Below are positions 61,260 through 64,000 of a DNA stretch of 64,000 bases, piece after piece. Position 1 is the stretch's first letter; every line of letters begins with the position of its first letter. The stretch spans positions 24,572-88,571 of the forward strand of contig DNEP01000001.1 in assembly GCA_003487265.1 (NCBI GenBank), in the 5' to 3' direction. Under the pieces are notes generated by a model. That model searched no databases and was not told where the DNA came from. It saw nothing but the letters and a program-made list of their open reading frames with translations. The stretch comes from Minisyncoccota bacterium. Lineage in GTDB: Bacteria; Patescibacteriota; Microgenomatia; UBA1400; UBA12028. Both the position numbers and the translations under genes were made by a program.

Positions 61260-61925
61260 CTACTCTTTCGACGAGCTCATCACCACTAACTCAGTTTCTT
61301 CGGGCAACGAACCGACAGAAATCGAGAACTCTGTCACGGGTTCTTTTGAAAGCCCATACAGTTTGAGAAAATCTGCAAGCGGAGCGAGCTGTTCGTACTC
61401 CCCTTTGCTCGAATCCGTTTTAAAATGCATGGGGATCACATATGAAGGATTAATCTGCTTGATTGTGGCAAGCGCCTGTTTTGGATCAATCGTAAACACT
61501 CCTCCAACAGGGCAAAGCAACACATCAACCGCACCCAACGCGCTCACCTGTTCTTCAGTTAAGAGATGGCCTAGATCACCAAGATGTGAAATCACAAGAT
61601 CTTCCGCTTGAACGGTAAAAATAATATTGGTCCCTCGTTGCGCCCCCTGCTCAGCATCGTGAAAGCTGGGGATCCCAAAAATTGAGATTCCACCAACCTC
61701 GTACTCGCCTGGAGCATCAATCACAAATGACTTTTCTCGCTTCGTTGAAGGTTGGACTTTCGAAATAGCATTGTGATCATCGTGTGTATGTGAAATCGTC
61801 ACAATATCACCCGTTACCTTTTTTAATACTTCACCGACGTTCGGATCGGCGTATGGATCCATAACAACGGTCCCCAACGAAGTTTTAATCTGAAAACAAG
61901 AATGACCAAGATAAGATATTTTCAT
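61260..61925 (-). CDS. MBL-fold metallo-hydrolase
   Basis: LGHSCF, DP, SHTHDDH, GEYE, HLGDLG, IPMH. Confidence 0.9.
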   Translation of the reverse strand: MKISYLGHSCFQIKTSLGTVVMDPYADPNVGEVLKKVTGDIVTISHTHDDHNAISKVQPSTKREKSFVIDAPGEYEVGGISIFGIPSFHDAEQGAQRGTNIIFTVQAEDLVISHLGDLGHLLTEEQVSALGAVDVLLCPVGGVFTIDPKQALATIKQINPSYVIPMHFKTDSSKGEYEQLAPLADFLKLYGLSKEPVTEFSISVGSLPEETELVVMSSSKE

Positions 61926-62049
61926 ATGACGAATCTTAACTTGTTTCGCGTCGAGGTGCAAGCGATGAACGAATACGTTTAAAAATCATTTTTGGATATA
62001 TCCTCTTCCCTTTTGACTCAAGATTGCGTAGAATACCATTCACCTCATT

Positions 62050-62553
62050 ATGAAAAAGGAAATCATTTTTGCGATTATTGCCGGTCTTGTCGTTGGTGCG
62101 ATTGTGGTTTTTGGAGTGTACACCGCAAATCAATCACTCAAGAAAAAAGAGCAAGACTCGATAAAAAAAATCGAGGATCAGCCATCAAGACTTCCCCCAC
62201 AAAACACAGAGCTTACCATTATTTCCCCAGAAGAAAACGCGTTCACCGATCAGGAACAAATCGTTGTCGCGGGAAAATCAGTTCCCCTTGCCGACGTACT
62301 CCTTCTTGTGAATGAAGAAGAGTACCTCACCACAACAGATGACCAAGGAAACTTTTCTTTCGAGGTAACGCTTTTGGGCGGATCGAACGCGCTATCTATC
62401 TATGTGACGTTGCAAGACGGAAAACAGATTATGGAAACCCGCATGGTTGTGTTTAGTACAGCTGATTTCGACGCAGAAGAAGCGACTTCATCAGCAAAAA
62501 CCGGAAAAACCGCAACAACGTCGGGAACACCTTCAAAAGCAGGAACACCATGA
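62050..62553 (+). CDS. Membrane-anchored Ig-like domain protein
   Basis: TM then LTIISP...V.G...D..GNF...V.L..G.N pattern. Confidence 0.7.
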   Translation: MKKEIIFAIIAGLVVGAIVVFGVYTANQSLKKKEQDSIKKIEDQPSRLPPQNTELTIISPEENAFTDQEQIVVAGKSVPLADVLLLVNEEEYLTTTDDQGNFSFEVTLLGGSNALSIYVTLQDGKQIMETRMVVFSTADFDAEEATSSAKTGKTATTSGTPSKAGTP

Positions 62554-63233
62554 AACACCTCTTAACTTTTTTTTCTCTATTTTTTCTCTTTACCTCTACT
62601 GTGATTGCGCAAACTACAGACCAACTCGCAACATCATCAAGTGAGTCGTCCACCGAAGCCACAATGCAAGAAAACATTCGCGAACGCATTGGGAAAGTGA
62701 TTGAAACCATCGGAGACACACTCGAAACACGAAAAAAGTCTGCTGTGGTTGGGGTGATCGAAAAACTCACAGAAGAATCGGTGACGATCAAAACAAAATC
62801 GGGCTCGAGCGAAACTGTGATGATCAATCCGGAAAAACTCACGGTGTTGCGGCTTCCGCAATTAACTTCCGCAACAATTCAAGACATGGAGATTGACCAA
62901 TTTGTCGTCGTGATGGGCTACTTGGGTAAAGAAAAGGTGCTCGAAGCTCGACGAATCCTCCTTTCTCCCGAGATTTTATTTCCCGCACGACACGCCGTAG
63001 TGTATGGCGTCATTGATTCAATAACCTCAACAAAAATCGGCGTGACCATGCGCGACGGAAATCTGCGAAGCATTCCCCTCTCGAAAAAAACAGTCTACAA
63101 AATGACCGATGGAAAGCTTCCAACCACCACTCAAAAAAAAGCAGAGTTTATTGAAGGAAAAAAAGTACTCGTTCTCACCCTTTCTTCTGAAAACGCAAGC
63201 GCAAGTGCCACCCTCGTACGACGCATTGAGTAA
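62550..63233 (+). CDS. Secreted protein with tandem OB-like (DUF5666-like) repeats
   Basis: Signal peptide; two G.I..i..T...v..G..V.V repeats. Confidence 0.65.
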   Translation: MKHLLTFFSLFFLFTSTVIAQTTDQLATSSSESSTEATMQENIRERIGKVIETIGDTLETRKKSAVVGVIEKLTEESVTIKTKSGSSETVMINPEKLTVLRLPQLTSATIQDMEIDQFVVVMGYLGKEKVLEARRILLSPEILFPARHAVVYGVIDSITSTKIGVTMRDGNLRSIPLSKKTVYKMTDGKLPTTTQKKAEFIEGKKVLVLTLSSENASASATLVRRIE

Positions 63234-63320
63234 CACCTTTCCTCATTTCTTCCCAGATATCCACCCGATCTTTCGCCTGATATTGACAAAATTGCCTTGA
63301 GTGGTACCATCTCAAGTCTT

Positions 63321-63791
63321 ATGGCAAAAAAAACAGAAAATATTGTATTACTCTTAAAAACCACTCCTACCTTTCTTGCCCAGTATCTCCTCCCTCTTTT
63401 TCTTTATTTTAAAAATAACATTCAAGAAGCAGAATTACCCTTTGAAGAGACAGAACTGTGTTCTTTAATTCAGGAATTAAGTCTTCCTCCAATCCTATTT
63501 CTTGAAGGGTTCATTTTATGGCTTGCACTATTTTCAACGAAAGAATTTCTTAAAGACACTCTAACCTATTTTTCTCATCTTTTTGTTCTTGCAGGAATCA
63601 GCTTTATCGTTTTGCACGGTCTTCCAGATGTAGAATCACTTAAACAAGTATTTGATGAACAACAAATATCGCAAATAGAACAAAATATGTTTATCTATTT
63701 TCCAATTGTGCCACTTTTGGGTATTTGGGTCGCAGGAAAACTCAGCAACAAAATTAAAGGCGTTTTTATCCCCAAAAAAGCAAAGCACTAA
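63321..63791 (+). CDS. Hypothetical membrane protein
   Basis: AT-rich ORF with 3-4 hydrophobic segments; ATG 63321. Confidence 0.6.
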   Translation: MAKKTENIVLLLKTTPTFLAQYLLPLFLYFKNNIQEAELPFEETELCSLIQELSLPPILFLEGFILWLALFSTKEFLKDTLTYFSHLFVLAGISFIVLHGLPDVESLKQVFDEQQISQIEQNMFIYFPIVPLLGIWVAGKLSNKIKGVFIPKKAKH

Positions 63792-63861
63792 CTTTCATCC
63801 CAAGTCACCAACGCACTCAAGGCATTGCTTTTCCCCAACTTTGTCGTATACTATCCCCTAA

Positions 63862-63989
63862 AGCGTTATCAGCGGAGTCACGATCCGCGAGCTCCGAGCC
63901 AAATACTCGGCGGAAAGCTAAACCGAATACTTAGCAGTCGATGTCGCTACGCGGAGTCGGCCTGAGAGCTTTCGAACAAATGTCGAAAG
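63862..63989 (+). ncRNA. Putative structured RNA or 5' leader, possibly continuing past the window
   Basis: Follows TTGCTT-16-TATACT; closing stem around three hairpins, then a fourth hairpin. Confidence 0.5.
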
Positions 63990-64000
63990 AAGAAGGATGG

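Noticed and set aside
63862-63948. Right-edge cloverleaf as a tRNA
   Set aside because: No GG D-loop or TTC T-loop, and arm spacing does not fit a tRNA.

Overview
Gene-dense bacterial chromosome segment using the standard code (TGA acts as stop). Gene content points, by inference, to Patescibacteria/CPR, probably Microgenomates. It holds core genes (class A PBP, tyrS, recG, rpmF-nusB-ACP-like-rnc-rpsP-khpA, holB-like, gyrB/ppa/gyrA, xer recombinase, yebC, tgt/queA, murL/murD, rluA, lspA, dksA-like, lgt, tRNA-Leu, dnaB) and a ~20 kb type IV pilus locus. That locus has pilBTCDMNO, six pilin or pilin-like genes plus pilX, two VirB2/TrbC-like pilins, a Cys-rich adhesin-like protein and a large lipoprotein. 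AT-rich orphan genes are scattered between the core genes. Best leads: (1) a 1658-aa M48 Zn-peptidase/ABC1(UbiB)-kinase fusion; (2) a 1.17 kb non-coding region beside xer with a dif-like 11-6-11 site, repeated half-sites, a long-range stem and palindromes; (3) a promoter-preceded four-way-junction RNA at the right edge; (4) -10 boxes 6-7 nt before many start codons, implying leaderless transcripts; (5) a pyrophosphatase with a metallothionein-like tail; (6) an ACP-like protein lacking the phosphopantetheine Ser. All calls come from motif reading by eye; no database search was run.
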